A stretch of DNA of 64,000 nucleotides from an uncultured Acidimicrobiales bacterium (GTDB lineage: Bacteria; Actinomycetota; Acidimicrobiia; Acidimicrobiales; SZUA-35), in NCBI GenBank assembly GCA_963803845.1, contig CAWDNZ010000005.1, forward strand, positions 471,484-535,483, written 5' to 3'. Below, piece by piece: positions 1 through 12,484 of the stretch. The notes under the pieces were generated by a model that was not told the DNA's origin, made no database searches, and saw only the letters and a program-made list of their open reading frames with translations. The position numbers were made by a program, and so were the translations under genes. Each line of letters starts with the position of its first letter. Position 1 is the first letter of the stretch.

Positions 1-393
1 AACATCCGCTTCGGTTTGAATGCCGATCTGGGCTTTTCGCCAGAGGATCGAACCGAGAACATTCGCCGAATCGGGGAAGTCTGCCGACTGTTCTCCGACG
101 CCGGCGTTGTTGTTCTTACCGCTTTCATCTCGCCTTATCGCGCAGACCGGCAGCGGGTCCGTGATCTTCACCCCGATGGAGACTTCGTGGAGGTGTTTGT
201 GGATACGCCACTCGAAGTCTGCGAGGAACGAGACGTCAAAGGCCTCTACAAAAAGGCTCGCAACGGTGAGATCCCTGATTTCAGCGGTATCTCCGCCCCG
301 TATGAGGCTCCCGAGGAACCGGAGATTCGCGTGGACACGTCGCAGGATCTCGACTCCTGCGTCCAGCAGGTTGTTGCGGCTCTCAACCTCTAG
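1..393 (+). CDS. cysC: adenylylsulfate (APS) kinase, 3' part; the 5' end is outside the window (may be the CysC domain of a CysN-CysC fusion)
   Basis: Frame is open from nt 1. [27 protein letters not shown] and [12 protein letters not shown] are classic APS-kinase motifs. Confidence 0.85.
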   Translation, partial: NIRFGLNADLGFSPEDRTENIRRIGEVCRLFSDAGVVVLTAFISPYRADRQRVRDLHPDGDFVEVFVDTPLEVCEERDVKGLYKKARNGEIPDFSGISAPYEAPEEPEIRVDTSQDLDSCVQQVVAALNL

Positions 394-424
394 GCGCTAA
401 CGATCAGCGCCCAGAATTCGTACC

Positions 425-1078
425 TCAACTGGTTTTCAGCAACGCGGGGAGTAGGTAGTCCAGGATCTCGTCGATTGCTCGGGGGAGCGGGAGGCCGATG
501 TCATCAACGATTTCCGGCTGGCTCACAAATTGGGCCGTCCCCGCAACCGTGGCGGCGACGATCGAAGGGTTGACAGTCCGGAATTCGCTGCGCTCGATGC
601 CAATAGTGACCAACCGTTGGATAACGGTCATCACGAACCGAAAATGGCGATCTACCAGTCGTCGGGCCGGAGCGTCGTCGGACAGGTCTTCGAAGAGGGT
701 TCGTTCCAGATGAAACTCCAGACCCCCAACGATGTAGTGCCGCAGCTGATCTACTAGCGGTCCGCCAGGGTCGATGGCTTCCAACGCCGCCCGGCCCTTC
801 TTGTGCATGAAACGATCCAGGACGACCAGCACCAGTTGGTCTTTGGATCCGGCAATCTCATAGAGCGTCCGGCGGGAACATCCGGCGGCCGCAGCAAGTT
901 CGCCGATCGTGGACGAGGCGAACCCCGTACGGAGAAAGACCGATTCCAACTCGTCGAGGATTTCCCTATGCCTTGCGCCCAATCGCTCCTCGTCTCGACG
1001 AGAAAGCAAGGGGCGGGGTGCTCCGGCCCGCAGGAGGTCGGCCTGCGTGGAAGTCTTCTCTGCCTGTTCAGGTACCAC
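425..1078 (-). CDS. TetR/AcrR-family transcriptional regulator
   Basis: N-terminal HTH segment GFASSTIGELAAAAGCSRRTLYEIAGSKDQLV. Divergent from the MscS-like gene. Confidence 0.8.
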   Translation of the reverse strand: MVPEQAEKTSTQADLLRAGAPRPLLSRRDEERLGARHREILDELESVFLRTGFASSTIGELAAAAGCSRRTLYEIAGSKDQLVLVVLDRFMHKKGRAALEAIDPGGPLVDQLRHYIVGGLEFHLERTLFEDLSDDAPARRLVDRHFRFVMTVIQRLVTIGIERSEFRTVNPSIVAATVAGTAQFVSQPEIVDDIGLPLPRAIDEILDYLLPALLKTS

Positions 1079-1106
1079 TGTCTGAGTATGGCTCCCTCAA
1101 TGGCGA

Positions 1107-2165
1107 TTGATGCGGACCGATAATGGGACCGTGGAGTGGTTGCCCAGCATCATCGCCGTAGGCGTCACGATCGTCCTGGTGTTCCTGGTGCGCTTTCTTG
1201 AATCACGGATCTGGGCCAACGACCCGAAGGAACAGCAGTTCCGCAAACAGGTCTACACCTCCCTCACGCTGTTCCTGGGCATGTTGGTTGTCATCTTCCT
1301 GTTGCCCGAAGGCACCAACCAGGATCTGGCCTTCGGTGTGATTGGCCTCGTGGTGACCGGCGCACTAGCGATTTCATCCCAGTCGATCATCGCCAACGGT
1401 ATGGCCGGCCTGTTGCTGCGGTCGCTGAAGAAATTCAAGCCAGGCGACTTCATCGAGGTCAGCGGTAGCCTCGGCCGGGTCACGGAACTGGGGCTGTTCC
1501 ACACCGAGATCCAGACCGACGACCGCGGGCTCACCACAATTCCAAATGCCTTGATGGTGGATCAGCCCGTGAAGGTTGCCCGGGCATCGGGGACCGTGGT
1601 CTCGGTGACCGCTTCGTTGGGATACGACGTGGCCCGGCAGGAGCTCACGCCGCTCTTTCTGGAGGCGGCTGAGCGAGCGGGACTCACCGAACCGTTCGTG
1701 CGGATCGAAGACCTCGGCGACTACTCGGTCACCTACCGTGTGGCGGGATTTCTCGACGAAACCCAAAAGCTGCTCTCGACCCGGTCCAAGTTACGAGGCG
1801 CGGTCCTCGATTGCCTGCACGAAGCCAGCATCGAAATCATGTCGCCGATGTATGTGGCTACCCGAAATGCCGATCGCCACGCATCCATACCTGCAACCGG
1901 CGAGGCGGTGCAGCACCATCCGACTACCGAATCCGAGCGGGAACACCAGATCTTCGACAAGGCAGAAAAGGCGGGGGAGATCGAGACGAAGAAGCGGGAA
2001 CTGAGCACCGCTCAGACCGAACTGGCGGACCTCGCCAATCAGTTGGGTACCTCTGGAGTGGAGGATCCCTCGATCAGGAGCAGGATCAGCGCTCGCAAGC
2101 AGAAAATGGAACGTCTCGTCGGTGAGATCTCTGAACTCGAGGAACTCCTGAGAGACGCGGAATAG
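1107..2165 (+). CDS. mechanosensitive ion channel protein (MscS family) with a charged coiled-coil-like C-terminal tail
   Basis: N-terminal TM helices followed by KPGDFIEVSGSLGRVTELGLFHTEIQTDDRGLTTIPN, the MscS beta-domain signature. Confidence 0.8.
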   Translation: MMRTDNGTVEWLPSIIAVGVTIVLVFLVRFLESRIWANDPKEQQFRKQVYTSLTLFLGMLVVIFLLPEGTNQDLAFGVIGLVVTGALAISSQSIIANGMAGLLLRSLKKFKPGDFIEVSGSLGRVTELGLFHTEIQTDDRGLTTIPNALMVDQPVKVARASGTVVSVTASLGYDVARQELTPLFLEAAERAGLTEPFVRIEDLGDYSVTYRVAGFLDETQKLLSTRSKLRGAVLDCLHEASIEIMSPMYVATRNADRHASIPATGEAVQHHPTTESEREHQIFDKAEKAGEIETKKRELSTAQTELADLANQLGTSGVEDPSIRSRISARKQKMERLVGEISELEELLRDAE

Positions 2166-2198
2166 CTCCGGTCCGGGCATCGATCTACGCTGGCCGGT

Positions 2199-3473
2199 AT
2201 GTCTGTGGTCGATCGTTCCTCACCGGTGGATGCCTCGCTCGAGGACGAGGTCCGTAGTTGGGTAGAAGACAACTGGGACCCCGATCTGCATGTTGGGGAG
2301 TGGTGGCAGCGCCTCGCCGATTCGGGATACTCCCATCCGGGGCTTCCTCGGGCGGCTGGTGGTCTGGGCTTCAGCCAGAGCAAAGCGATGCGGGTGATGC
2401 GTGCCATCGCCGCCGCCGATGTGATGGGTCCTCCGCCGGGGCTCGGAATGATGCTGGCGGCCCCCACGATCGCCGAGCACGGGACTCCCGAGCAGATCGC
2501 ACGCTACATCCCCTCCATCCTCAACGGCCGGGAGGCGTGGTGCCAGCTCTTCAGCGAGCCGGTAGCCGGATCGGATCTGGCCGGACTCCAGACCCGAGCC
2601 GTTTCCGATGGTGACGAGTGGCGGGTCACCGGGCAGAAGGTCTGGACGTCCCAGGGTGATATCGCTGATCTCGGCATGCTGGTGGCGCGAACCGATGGCG
2701 ACCTTCCCAAGCACCGCGGGCTCTCCTACTTCGCCATGGTGATGGACCAGGACGGGGTGGACGTTCGTCCGCTTCGCGAAATGACGGGACGAACCTTCTT
2801 TTCCGAGGTGTTCATGGACAACGCCATTGTCACCGCCGATGCCATGATCGGTCAGCGCGGCGATGGTTGGCGCGTGGCCAACACCACCCTTGGAGTGGAG
2901 CGAGCGTCGATCGGCGCAGGGTCTGCAGGCTTCGCTTTGGCGCAGCCGGGAAGCAAGGCCAACCAGTTCGAACGCCGAGTCGGCGACATCGTTGATCGGT
3001 CCAAAAAGGAACGGGCCGGCGCCCATGCGCCCTCGGTGGGGATGAAGCTCTTCAACCGCTACGCCGAACTGTCCAAACGGCTCGGGCGAAACAATGACCC
3101 GCTGATCCGCCAAGAGTTGATCGGTGTGTACTCGCTGCTGATGGTGAATCGCCTGAACCTCCAGCGGGCCCGCCAGAAGTCCCAGCGGACGGGCGGCGAA
3201 GGGAACATTGCCAAACTGATCGACTCCGAGCTGAATCGACAATTTCGCGACGTGAGCCTTCGTATCATCCAGGCCGACGGCATGCTGGCGGGTCGCTCGT
3301 CGCAGACCGATTCCAGCATCGCCGAGGTCGTGCTGTATGCCCAAGGGCCGCCGATCTATGGAGGCACCGATCAGATCCAACGCAATATATTGGGGGAGCG
3401 GGTGATGGGTTTGCCCAAGGAACCGGGGCCGGACAAGTCCACCCCGTTCAATCAGCTTCCCCGAAACGTCTGA
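2199..3473 (+). CDS. acyl-CoA dehydrogenase family protein
   Basis: FSEPVAGSDLAGLQTRA...WRVTGQKVWTS and C-terminal IYGGTDQIQRNILGERVMGL match the ACAD middle and C-terminal domains. Confidence 0.85.
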   Translation: MSVVDRSSPVDASLEDEVRSWVEDNWDPDLHVGEWWQRLADSGYSHPGLPRAAGGLGFSQSKAMRVMRAIAAADVMGPPPGLGMMLAAPTIAEHGTPEQIARYIPSILNGREAWCQLFSEPVAGSDLAGLQTRAVSDGDEWRVTGQKVWTSQGDIADLGMLVARTDGDLPKHRGLSYFAMVMDQDGVDVRPLREMTGRTFFSEVFMDNAIVTADAMIGQRGDGWRVANTTLGVERASIGAGSAGFALAQPGSKANQFERRVGDIVDRSKKERAGAHAPSVGMKLFNRYAELSKRLGRNNDPLIRQELIGVYSLLMVNRLNLQRARQKSQRTGGEGNIAKLIDSELNRQFRDVSLRIIQADGMLAGRSSQTDSSIAEVVLYAQGPPIYGGTDQIQRNILGERVMGLPKEPGPDKSTPFNQLPRNV

Positions 3474-3498
3474 CAGGGACCGCTGCCAGCGTCAGGCG

Positions 3499-4419
3499 TC
3501 AGTGAACGACGTCTTCACAGTTATGGCACTCCAACTGGATGGTGGAGTGGGCGATGCCCAGACGCTCGGCGAGCTCGTCCTGGAGAACCTGCATCTGCTC
3601 CTGGGCATCGTGAAGGTTCACGCTGCCGTCCATCACAACGTGAGCGGTCACGCTGGCAACGCCGGGGGCGATGCTGCGGGTGTGCACGTGATGAACGTTG
3701 CTGATGCCGGCCGTGCCGTTGATGAGTTCATGCACTTCGGTGGCGGCATCGTCGTTTGGTGAGCGGTCCAACAACTCGGCGCTGGCGTTGCGGAGCAGCG
3801 ACCAGGTACCACGCAGCACGAGTGCGTTGACCACCAGCGACGCCACGGGATCCACCCAGGTGGCTCCGGTTCCCCGGAGGAGAAGACCGGCCAAAACTAC
3901 GATGCCCGAGCCGGCCAGGTCTACCAAGAGGTGGAGCCGGGCGGCTTTCAGCGAGAGATGCTCCCCATGCCCAAGCGCGAGCACGCTGATGCCGTTGACC
4001 GCCATGCCGGCGAGTCCGATCAGGACTACGCCGGACCCGTCTACCACAACCGGATTGAAGAGACGGGCGATCGATTCATAGACCACCCATGCGATGGAGC
4101 CCAGCAGCAGCAGCCCCGATGTGTAGCCGCCAAGGGCGTCGGCCTTTCCCCAGCCGAAGGTCATGGAGGAGGTAGGGGGTCGGCGGAGCAGTCGGAGCGC
4201 CGCCAGTGCGGTCAACAGTCCCACGGCATCGATGATCTGGTGAAGCGAGTCGGCCAGAACTACGACCGAGCCAAGGGCGAGGCCCACCACGATCTGGACC
4301 ACCGCGAAACCGGTGTTCACGCCGGCGGCACCGGCCAAGCGGGCGTTGCTCACCGGTTCGGCACCGCGGGAATGGCTCGAATGGGAGTGGTCATGACCGC
4401 TCATCGGCCCAGAATACAT
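3499..4419 (-). CDS. cation diffusion facilitator (CDF) family metal efflux transporter
   Basis: His-rich N terminus (GHDHSHSSHS), six hydrophobic segments, and a C-terminal cytoplasmic domain with H/D residues. The start may be the internal ATG near 4404. Confidence 0.85.
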   Translation of the reverse strand: MYSGPMSGHDHSHSSHSRGAEPVSNARLAGAAGVNTGFAVVQIVVGLALGSVVVLADSLHQIIDAVGLLTALAALRLLRRPPTSSMTFGWGKADALGGYTSGLLLLGSIAWVVYESIARLFNPVVVDGSGVVLIGLAGMAVNGISVLALGHGEHLSLKAARLHLLVDLAGSGIVVLAGLLLRGTGATWVDPVASLVVNALVLRGTWSLLRNASAELLDRSPNDDAATEVHELINGTAGISNVHHVHTRSIAPGVASVTAHVVMDGSVNLHDAQEQMQVLQDELAERLGIAHSTIQLECHNCEDVVH

Positions 4420-5215
4420 GGCCCATGCTGGTCGGACGGACCGTGGGACCTATCCTCGTGCTGTGACATCTCCTACCGCCGTCGCTAGTGCCGTCGCCGT
4501 ACCCATCGTCGAGATCGGGCGGGCCTGGATGGTCGCTGATCAAACCTTGGCCCGGGGTGCCGAATTGGGAATGACCGAACCGCTCAGCTTCTGGGTCCAT
4601 GGTCGAGCCGGGGTCTTGGGGGATGTTGACGCTGACGTGGCAGCCGCAGGTATCGCCTTCATGGCCAGCACACGCGTACGGGAACTCTGGGAGGGAAACG
4701 CACCGGCCGGGCTGACCCCGCGAGAGCGGGCCGCAGAATACGCCGCCGCCGCTGGCCGCTGGGCTGATGAGACCTTTGCCGATGTCGAGACCGCGGCCCT
4801 GGAGCGGGTCACCGAACTTTCTGCCCATGTGGCGCTAGCGGCCGATCCCAGCCTCGGAACCCTCTTCGCCGGCTGGCGCCGAATCGAACTTCCCCCAACT
4901 CCGGCAGGCGCTGCAGTGGTGGCGATCAACGCCATTCGCGAGATGCGGGGGGCAGCCCACATCATCGCCGTCCATGCCGTAGGTCTGGGACCACACGGTG
5001 CCATCATGTCAACCGACGATCCGGTGCGCGGCGGACTGGCTGGCGCGGAGCGCTTTGGCTGGAGTGACCCGCATCCTGCGGCGGATAGTGAAAAACGGGC
5101 GAATGCCGAACTGCTCACCACCCTTATGGCCTCACATCCTTTCGACGTCCTGGCCGAGGACGATCGGTCTGAATACGTGGAACTGATCAGCGGACTACGA
5201 GCCACTTTCAAGTGA
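4418..5215 (+). CDS. hypothetical protein (start uncertain)
   Basis: 265-aa ORF with ordinary amino-acid composition, unlike the Arg/Pro-rich shadow ORFs on the other frames. I cannot place it in a family with confidence. Confidence 0.45.
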   Translation: MAHAGRTDRGTYPRAVTSPTAVASAVAVPIVEIGRAWMVADQTLARGAELGMTEPLSFWVHGRAGVLGDVDADVAAAGIAFMASTRVRELWEGNAPAGLTPRERAAEYAAAAGRWADETFADVETAALERVTELSAHVALAADPSLGTLFAGWRRIELPPTPAGAAVVAINAIREMRGAAHIIAVHAVGLGPHGAIMSTDDPVRGGLAGAERFGWSDPHPAADSEKRANAELLTTLMASHPFDVLAEDDRSEYVELISGLRATFK

Positions 5216-5246
5216 CGCGGGCGCCTCAGCGCGGTAGCGTCGAGCC

Positions 5247-6785
5247 ATGATCCACACAAGCCCGCTACCCCCGGTGGACATCCCTGATGTCACGATCTCT
5301 GCGCACGTGCTTCGCAAGGCCGCAGAGATGCCCGATTCGGTGGCCATTCGTACCATCGATGGCAGTCGCTCCTACACCTTCGCTGAGTTGAGCGGCGCTA
5401 TTCACTCGCTGGCCGGCGGCCTGGCGGCCCGGGGCTTCGGCCCCGGAAAGGTAATTGGGCTCATGGCGCCCAACATCCCCGAATATGCCATCGTTTTCCA
5501 TGCGGCCGCCGTCGCTGGTGCTGCGGTCACCACGATCAACCCCACGTATGGTCCAGGCGAGGTCCGGCATCAGCTGAAGGATGCCGGCGCCACCATGCTC
5601 ATCACGATCGGAATGTTTCTCGAAGTCGCCACATCGGCCATCGAAGGCACCGACGTCACCGAAATCGTGGTGATCGGCGAAGCCGATGGCGTCACGCCTC
5701 TCACCGAATTGTTCGGAGCGCCGATCGAGCAGGTACCCGTGGACATCAACGAGCACGTCGTCGTCTTGCCGTACTCCTCTGGCACTACCGGCATGCCAAA
5801 GGGCGTCATGCTCACCCACCACAACTTGGTTGCCAATATTGAACAGTGCAATCACATGCTCTTCTATAAAGACGACGAGGTGGCGCTGGCGGCGCTGCCA
5901 TTCTTCCATATCTACGGTATGCAGGTGCTCATGAACGGTCTGCTGGCCAATGGGGTCACCGTGGTGACGATGCCCCGGTTCGACATGGTCGAAGCGCTTA
6001 CCGCAATTCAGGACTTGAAGGTGACTCGGTTCTTCGCCGTACCGCCGATCATCCTCGGGCTGGCCAAGGCCCCGATCGTGGATGAATTTGACCTCTCCTC
6101 ACTGCGCCAGGTCTTCTCGGGTGCGGCTCCGCTGGGGGCCGAGTTGGCGGCCGAAGCGTCCGCCCGTATTGGCTGTGAGGTGGTGCAGGGGTATGGCATG
6201 ACCGAACTCAGTCCGGTCAGTCATGGCACCGTCGAGGGCGACTTCCGCCCAGGCACCAGCGGCGTCACCATCTCGAACACCGAAACCCGCATCGTTGATC
6301 CGGGAAGCGGCGAGGACCAAGGTGTCGGCGAGCGAGGCGAGGTTTGGGTCCGAGGTCCACAGGTGATGAAGGGGTACCTCAACAACCAGGCGGCGACCGA
6401 CGCCATGCTCACCGAGGATGGCTGGCTCAAGACCGGCGACGTCGGCATCATCGACGATAACGGCCACCTGTCGATCGTCGACCGACTGAAGGAACTCATC
6501 AAGTACAAGGGTTTCCAGGTTGCCCCGGCGGAGCTGGAGGCGTTGATCATCACTCATCCCAAAGTGGTCGATGTAGCGGTGATTGGGGTTCCTGATGACG
6601 AAGCGGGCGAGATCCCGAAGGCGTTTGTGGTGGCCGCCCCCGGTGAGACCGTGACGCTCGAGGAGCTTCAGGCCCTCGTGGGTGAGCACCTGGTGAGCTA
6701 CAAGCAGATCCAAATTCTCGAAGTCATCGAATCGATCCCCAAGAGCGCGGCCGGGAAGATCCTCCGCAAAGAACTGCGGAACTAG
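5247..6785 (+). CDS. AMP-dependent acyl-CoA synthetase/ligase (4-coumarate-CoA ligase / long-chain fatty-acid-CoA ligase family)
   Basis: AMP-binding motif LPYSSGTTGMPKGVMLTH, then GYGMTE, TGDVG and KYKGFQVAPAELE. Confidence 0.9.
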   Translation: MIHTSPLPPVDIPDVTISAHVLRKAAEMPDSVAIRTIDGSRSYTFAELSGAIHSLAGGLAARGFGPGKVIGLMAPNIPEYAIVFHAAAVAGAAVTTINPTYGPGEVRHQLKDAGATMLITIGMFLEVATSAIEGTDVTEIVVIGEADGVTPLTELFGAPIEQVPVDINEHVVVLPYSSGTTGMPKGVMLTHHNLVANIEQCNHMLFYKDDEVALAALPFFHIYGMQVLMNGLLANGVTVVTMPRFDMVEALTAIQDLKVTRFFAVPPIILGLAKAPIVDEFDLSSLRQVFSGAAPLGAELAAEASARIGCEVVQGYGMTELSPVSHGTVEGDFRPGTSGVTISNTETRIVDPGSGEDQGVGERGEVWVRGPQVMKGYLNNQAATDAMLTEDGWLKTGDVGIIDDNGHLSIVDRLKELIKYKGFQVAPAELEALIITHPKVVDVAVIGVPDDEAGEIPKAFVVAAPGETVTLEELQALVGEHLVSYKQIQILEVIESIPKSAAGKILRKELRN

Positions 6786-7126
6786 AGCGTCAGGGTGGGG
6801 TCGTCGGACTGGATGAAAACGGTCAGCTGCGTGGCTTCATCCAAGATCTCAACGAGAACTCTGGCTCGGTTGGGGGCGGTGGCAACGAACGCCTCGAACT
6901 GGTAGATGGCCAGGATCCCCGCCGGAACGTCTCGCAGACAATCCACCAAGGCGTCGAGGTTGTTGCCGAAGTGGGCCGGGAAGTCCAATGCTTCGGCCAA
7001 TGAAGAGAGATACGACGCTTCGTCCCATCTGCCGGCATCCACACGCCATACACCGGCTCCCTCGGCAACGAGGGTGGCGATTCGGGCGTTGAGTTCGTCG
7101 GCGCTGTGATAGAGCGTTGCCACCAC
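6782..7126 (-). CDS. barstar-family (ribonuclease inhibitor) protein
   Basis: LDFPAHFGNNLDALVDCL matches the barstar core motif (Bacillus barstar: LALPEYYGENLDALWDCL). The GTG start is 2 nt after the SDR stop. Confidence 0.7.
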   Translation of the reverse strand: MVATLYHSADELNARIATLVAEGAGVWRVDAGRWDEASYLSSLAEALDFPAHFGNNLDALVDCLRDVPAGILAIYQFEAFVATAPNRARVLVEILDEATQLTVFIQSDDPTLTL

Positions 7127-7128
7127 GC

Positions 7129-7908
7129 CTACTTGGGCGGCATCCGGATGCCGCCGTCCACCCGTACGGTCTCACCGTTCATGTAGGGGTTGGTGATGAG
7201 TTCCATCACCATGAACGCCAGCTCCTCGCCGTAGCCGAGGCGTTTGGGGAACAGAACCGACTGACCGAGGTGGGCCTTGAATTGTTCGCTTTCCTCACCC
7301 TCGCCATAGATGGGGGTGTCGATGAGGCCGGGGGCCACGGTGTTCACCCGGATTCCGGCGGCGGCGAGATCACGGGCGATGGGTAGTGTCATGCCAACAA
7401 CACCGCCCTTTGAAGCGGAATACGAGCACTGCCCGATCTGGCCGTCAAAGGCGGCGACAGACGCCATATTAACGATGGCGCCCTTGTTGCCGTCGGCGTT
7501 GAGGGCCTCGGTTTGGGCCATTGCTGCAGCGGCTTTGCTGAGCATATTGAACGTGCCGATCAGGTTGATGTTGATCACCATCGTGAACTTGGCCAGATCC
7601 ATGGGCACGTTGTTCCGGTCGATCGTGCGGGCGGCGAAGCCGATTCCTGCGGAGTTCACGAGCGCCCGGAGCGGGCCCATCTCCGATGCTGCTGCAACGG
7701 CGGCGTTGGCATCATCTTCTTTTGTTACATCACATTTCACGAAGAGGCCACCAAGTTCCTTGGCTACCGTTTCCCCCTTTTCTTCATTGAGATCGGCGAT
7801 TACTACTCGGGAGCCGGCGGCGGCCAGTTGGCGGGCGCTGGCCTCACCGATCCCGGACGCACCTCCGGTGATGATCGACGAGCTTCCTTCAAGGTTGATT
7901 CTGGGCAT
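7129..7908 (-). CDS. short-chain dehydrogenase/reductase, 3-hydroxyacyl-CoA dehydrogenase type-2-like
   Basis: TGGASGIG cofactor motif, NMASVAAFDGQIGQCSYSASKGG catalytic region (YxxxK), RVNTVAPGLIDTP. Confidence 0.85.
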   Translation of the reverse strand: MPRINLEGSSSIITGGASGIGEASARQLAAAGSRVVIADLNEEKGETVAKELGGLFVKCDVTKEDDANAAVAAASEMGPLRALVNSAGIGFAARTIDRNNVPMDLAKFTMVININLIGTFNMLSKAAAAMAQTEALNADGNKGAIVNMASVAAFDGQIGQCSYSASKGGVVGMTLPIARDLAAAGIRVNTVAPGLIDTPIYGEGEESEQFKAHLGQSVLFPKRLGYGEELAFMVMELITNPYMNGETVRVDGGIRMPPK

Positions 7909-7959
7909 TTCGTAACGGTACCCCCGAGCACGCAGCGATACCCAAACCCGTTCGGGTGG

Positions 7960-8280
7960 TTAGGTCAGCGCCCGCACTACCCAGAAGACGATGAGCCCCA
8001 GCGTGAGCGTGGGGATGAGGTTGCGGGTCTTGAATGCCGTGGCAACTGCAGCCACGAGGCCCGCGACCTCGGCGAGTTCCACTCCAGAATTGACTTCCTC
8101 GGGGTTGGCCACCAAGGTCACCACCAGAGCGGCGAGAACCGCCGGGCCAACATTGCGGAGCGCCCGTATGATCGGCTCGGGCATGGCGCGATCGGCCAGG
8201 GTCAGAATCATCCCGGCCCGCGTGAGATACGTGGCGATACTGACGCCCGCCAGGAGCAGGATCGCAGAGGTGAGAGTCAT
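7960..8280 (-). CDS. azlD: AzlD-family branched-chain amino acid transport protein
   Basis: 106-aa hydrophobic protein. Its ATG overlaps the azlC stop (ATGA), which is the typical azlCD arrangement. Confidence 0.7.
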   Translation of the reverse strand: MTLTSAILLLAGVSIATYLTRAGMILTLADRAMPEPIIRALRNVGPAVLAALVVTLVANPEEVNSGVELAEVAGLVAAVATAFKTRNLIPTLTLGLIVFWVVRALT

Positions 8281-8900
8281 CAGCGGCTTCGAGAGTCGGC
8301 CAGAAAGCCCGCAACGATTCCGGCGAGGGCGCCAACCAATAGGCCGCTGCGGTTCGGCAGGCCCAGGGTGGCGAAACAGACCACAGCCGCCACCACCGCT
8401 GCGATCACGGCGGGTCGACTAACCAGCATCATCACGACGATCCCGGCGAACATCAGGGCGGGGGCGAATCCCAGCCCCCAGGAAGCGGGAACCAGCGTGC
8501 CAAAGAAGATTCCCAGCACGGAGAGCACTTGCCACGCCGAGTAGAACATGGCGGCAAGCGTGAGGTAGTAGCGCCGGAAACGCTCCGCAGTGAAGTCGGT
8601 GTGCTGGCTGGTGAGGGCGAAGACCTGGTCGATCAGAAACGCCGGGGCCAGGAATCGGAACCATCGGGGCTGGTCTCTGAACGACGGGGCCATGGCCGCG
8701 GAATACATGACGTGGCGCAGATTGATCACCATTACCGCTACGGCCACCGCCCACGCGGAGGCCGCTCCAACCAGGGTCACCAGGGCCAGCTGGGCTGCGC
8801 CGGCATACAAAAAGAGCGAGCTGCTGTAGGCCACTCCGATCGGCATGACGGACTCGCTCATTGCAAGGCCGAGAACGAATCCGAACGGGATTGCCGGCAA
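8280..8900 (-). CDS. azlC: AzlC-family branched-chain amino acid permease component (start problematic, see findings)
   Basis: LFLYAGAAQLALVTL...MVINLRHVMYSAAM matches the AzlC core. The first canonical start is TTG at 8900. Confidence 0.7.
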   Translation of the reverse strand: MPAIPFGFVLGLAMSESVMPIGVAYSSSLFLYAGAAQLALVTLVGAASAWAVAVAVMVINLRHVMYSAAMAPSFRDQPRWFRFLAPAFLIDQVFALTSQHTDFTAERFRRYYLTLAAMFYSAWQVLSVLGIFFGTLVPASWGLGFAPALMFAGIVVMMLVSRPAVIAAVVAAVVCFATLGLPNRSGLLVGALAGIVAGFLADSRSR

Positions 8901-8960
8901 TACCAGCGGGAAGCCCTCACGGAATGCCTGCCGGTCAAAAAGCTCAGCAACAACTGGTCC

Positions 8961-11198
<2,238 letters not shown>

Positions 11199-11269
11199 TC
11201 AGGGTACCCGCCACCCCTATTGCTCCGTTAACTAGCGGTGTGGACCGGGTGGGTGTAGGTTCTGAATTT

Positions 11270-12484
11270 GTGACCGAAACACCGGACTTTTACCGTTACC
11301 CGCCGATGCCGCTGGAAATCGCTAGCGCCAAAGCCAACCGGGTGATCGTTGAATGGCCCGATGGCCACTCGATAGCCTTGAACGGCACGTGGTTACGGGA
11401 GAATATCGTGGGCCACTCGGTTGATCCCTTGACCCGGGAAGGGATCGGGAGTCCCTCGGACCACTTGGGCCCCCGCTTGGATGGCGTTGGGGTGACCTCG
11501 GATGGTTCCTTGAGCGTGGTCTGGGACGATGGCTGCTCCGGTGAATTCAACTCCGGTTGGCTTCGTTCCTTCGCCACCGGTGGCGCCGCCATGCTGGCGG
11601 GTCTACCACCAGCCACGCCGTGGGTGTCCGAACGTGCCGGCAAAGAAATCGAGGGTGACCGTCGCTCCGATCTGCCGCGCTACCCGTGGCCCGATATCGC
11701 GGCCGACGGCACCGTGGCACCAGCGATTCTGCAGCCAATCGTCGAAGACCTCATTCGGTATGGGGTGATTCGACTGGTCGATGGCCCAATTGGCGATGAC
11801 GACCTCGAACGCTTCGCCGTCAGTCTCGGACCGTTGCGGGATACCAACTTCGGCCGGGTCTGGGACGTGATGGCCAAAGTTGACCCAAACAGCACCGCCT
11901 ACACCGGTCGGCCACTCGTGCCCCATACCGACCTGCCAACGCGCGAACGCCCACCGGGTTTCCAGGCCCTGCACTGCGTGGAGAACACCTGTGTGGGTGG
12001 TCTGAACCAGATGGCCGACGGACTGGCCATCGTTCGTTATCTCGAGGCAGCCGAGCCCGAGTATTTCGAGGCCCTCACCACGCTTCGCTGGGTGTTCATG
12101 AGCAAGGGTCGGGGGATCGATCATCGATGGACGGCCCCGGTTGTCGAGTTCGAACCGATCGATGGAGCCATCCTCATCCGGGGCTTCAGTCCAGTTCGAG
12201 CGTTCCCTGACATGAACGCCGATGACGTTGATCGTTCCTATGCGGCCATCTCCCGGTTGCATGAACTGGGTAGTGATCCAGCCTTCCAGATCCAGTCCGC
12301 CTTCCAACCTGGCCAGGCGGTGATCTTCGACAACCGTCGGATGCTGCACGCCCGAAGTGGGTTCGACCCCAGCGCCGGAATGCGGCGGCTGCGGGGCTGT
12401 TACTTCGATCCCGACGACATTCGTTCCGTCGCACGTGTTCTCGCCCGAACCCACCCCTCTCCTGAACAAAGGCTGTCCGCATGA
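11270..12484 (+). CDS. gamma-butyrobetaine dioxygenase-like Fe(II)/2-oxoglutarate dioxygenase (TauD/TfdA fold with N-terminal DUF971-like domain)
   Basis: N-terminal RVIVEWPDGHSIALNGTWLRENI (DUF971-like), HTD facial-triad motif (VPHTDLP), and C-terminal MLHARSGF. The start could be GTG 11270 or ATG 11306; the ORF opens at 11192. Confidence 0.7.
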   Translation: MTETPDFYRYPPMPLEIASAKANRVIVEWPDGHSIALNGTWLRENIVGHSVDPLTREGIGSPSDHLGPRLDGVGVTSDGSLSVVWDDGCSGEFNSGWLRSFATGGAAMLAGLPPATPWVSERAGKEIEGDRRSDLPRYPWPDIAADGTVAPAILQPIVEDLIRYGVIRLVDGPIGDDDLERFAVSLGPLRDTNFGRVWDVMAKVDPNSTAYTGRPLVPHTDLPTRERPPGFQALHCVENTCVGGLNQMADGLAIVRYLEAAEPEYFEALTTLRWVFMSKGRGIDHRWTAPVVEFEPIDGAILIRGFSPVRAFPDMNADDVDRSYAAISRLHELGSDPAFQIQSAFQPGQAVIFDNRRMLHARSGFDPSAGMRRLRGCYFDPDDIRSVARVLARTHPSPEQRLSA

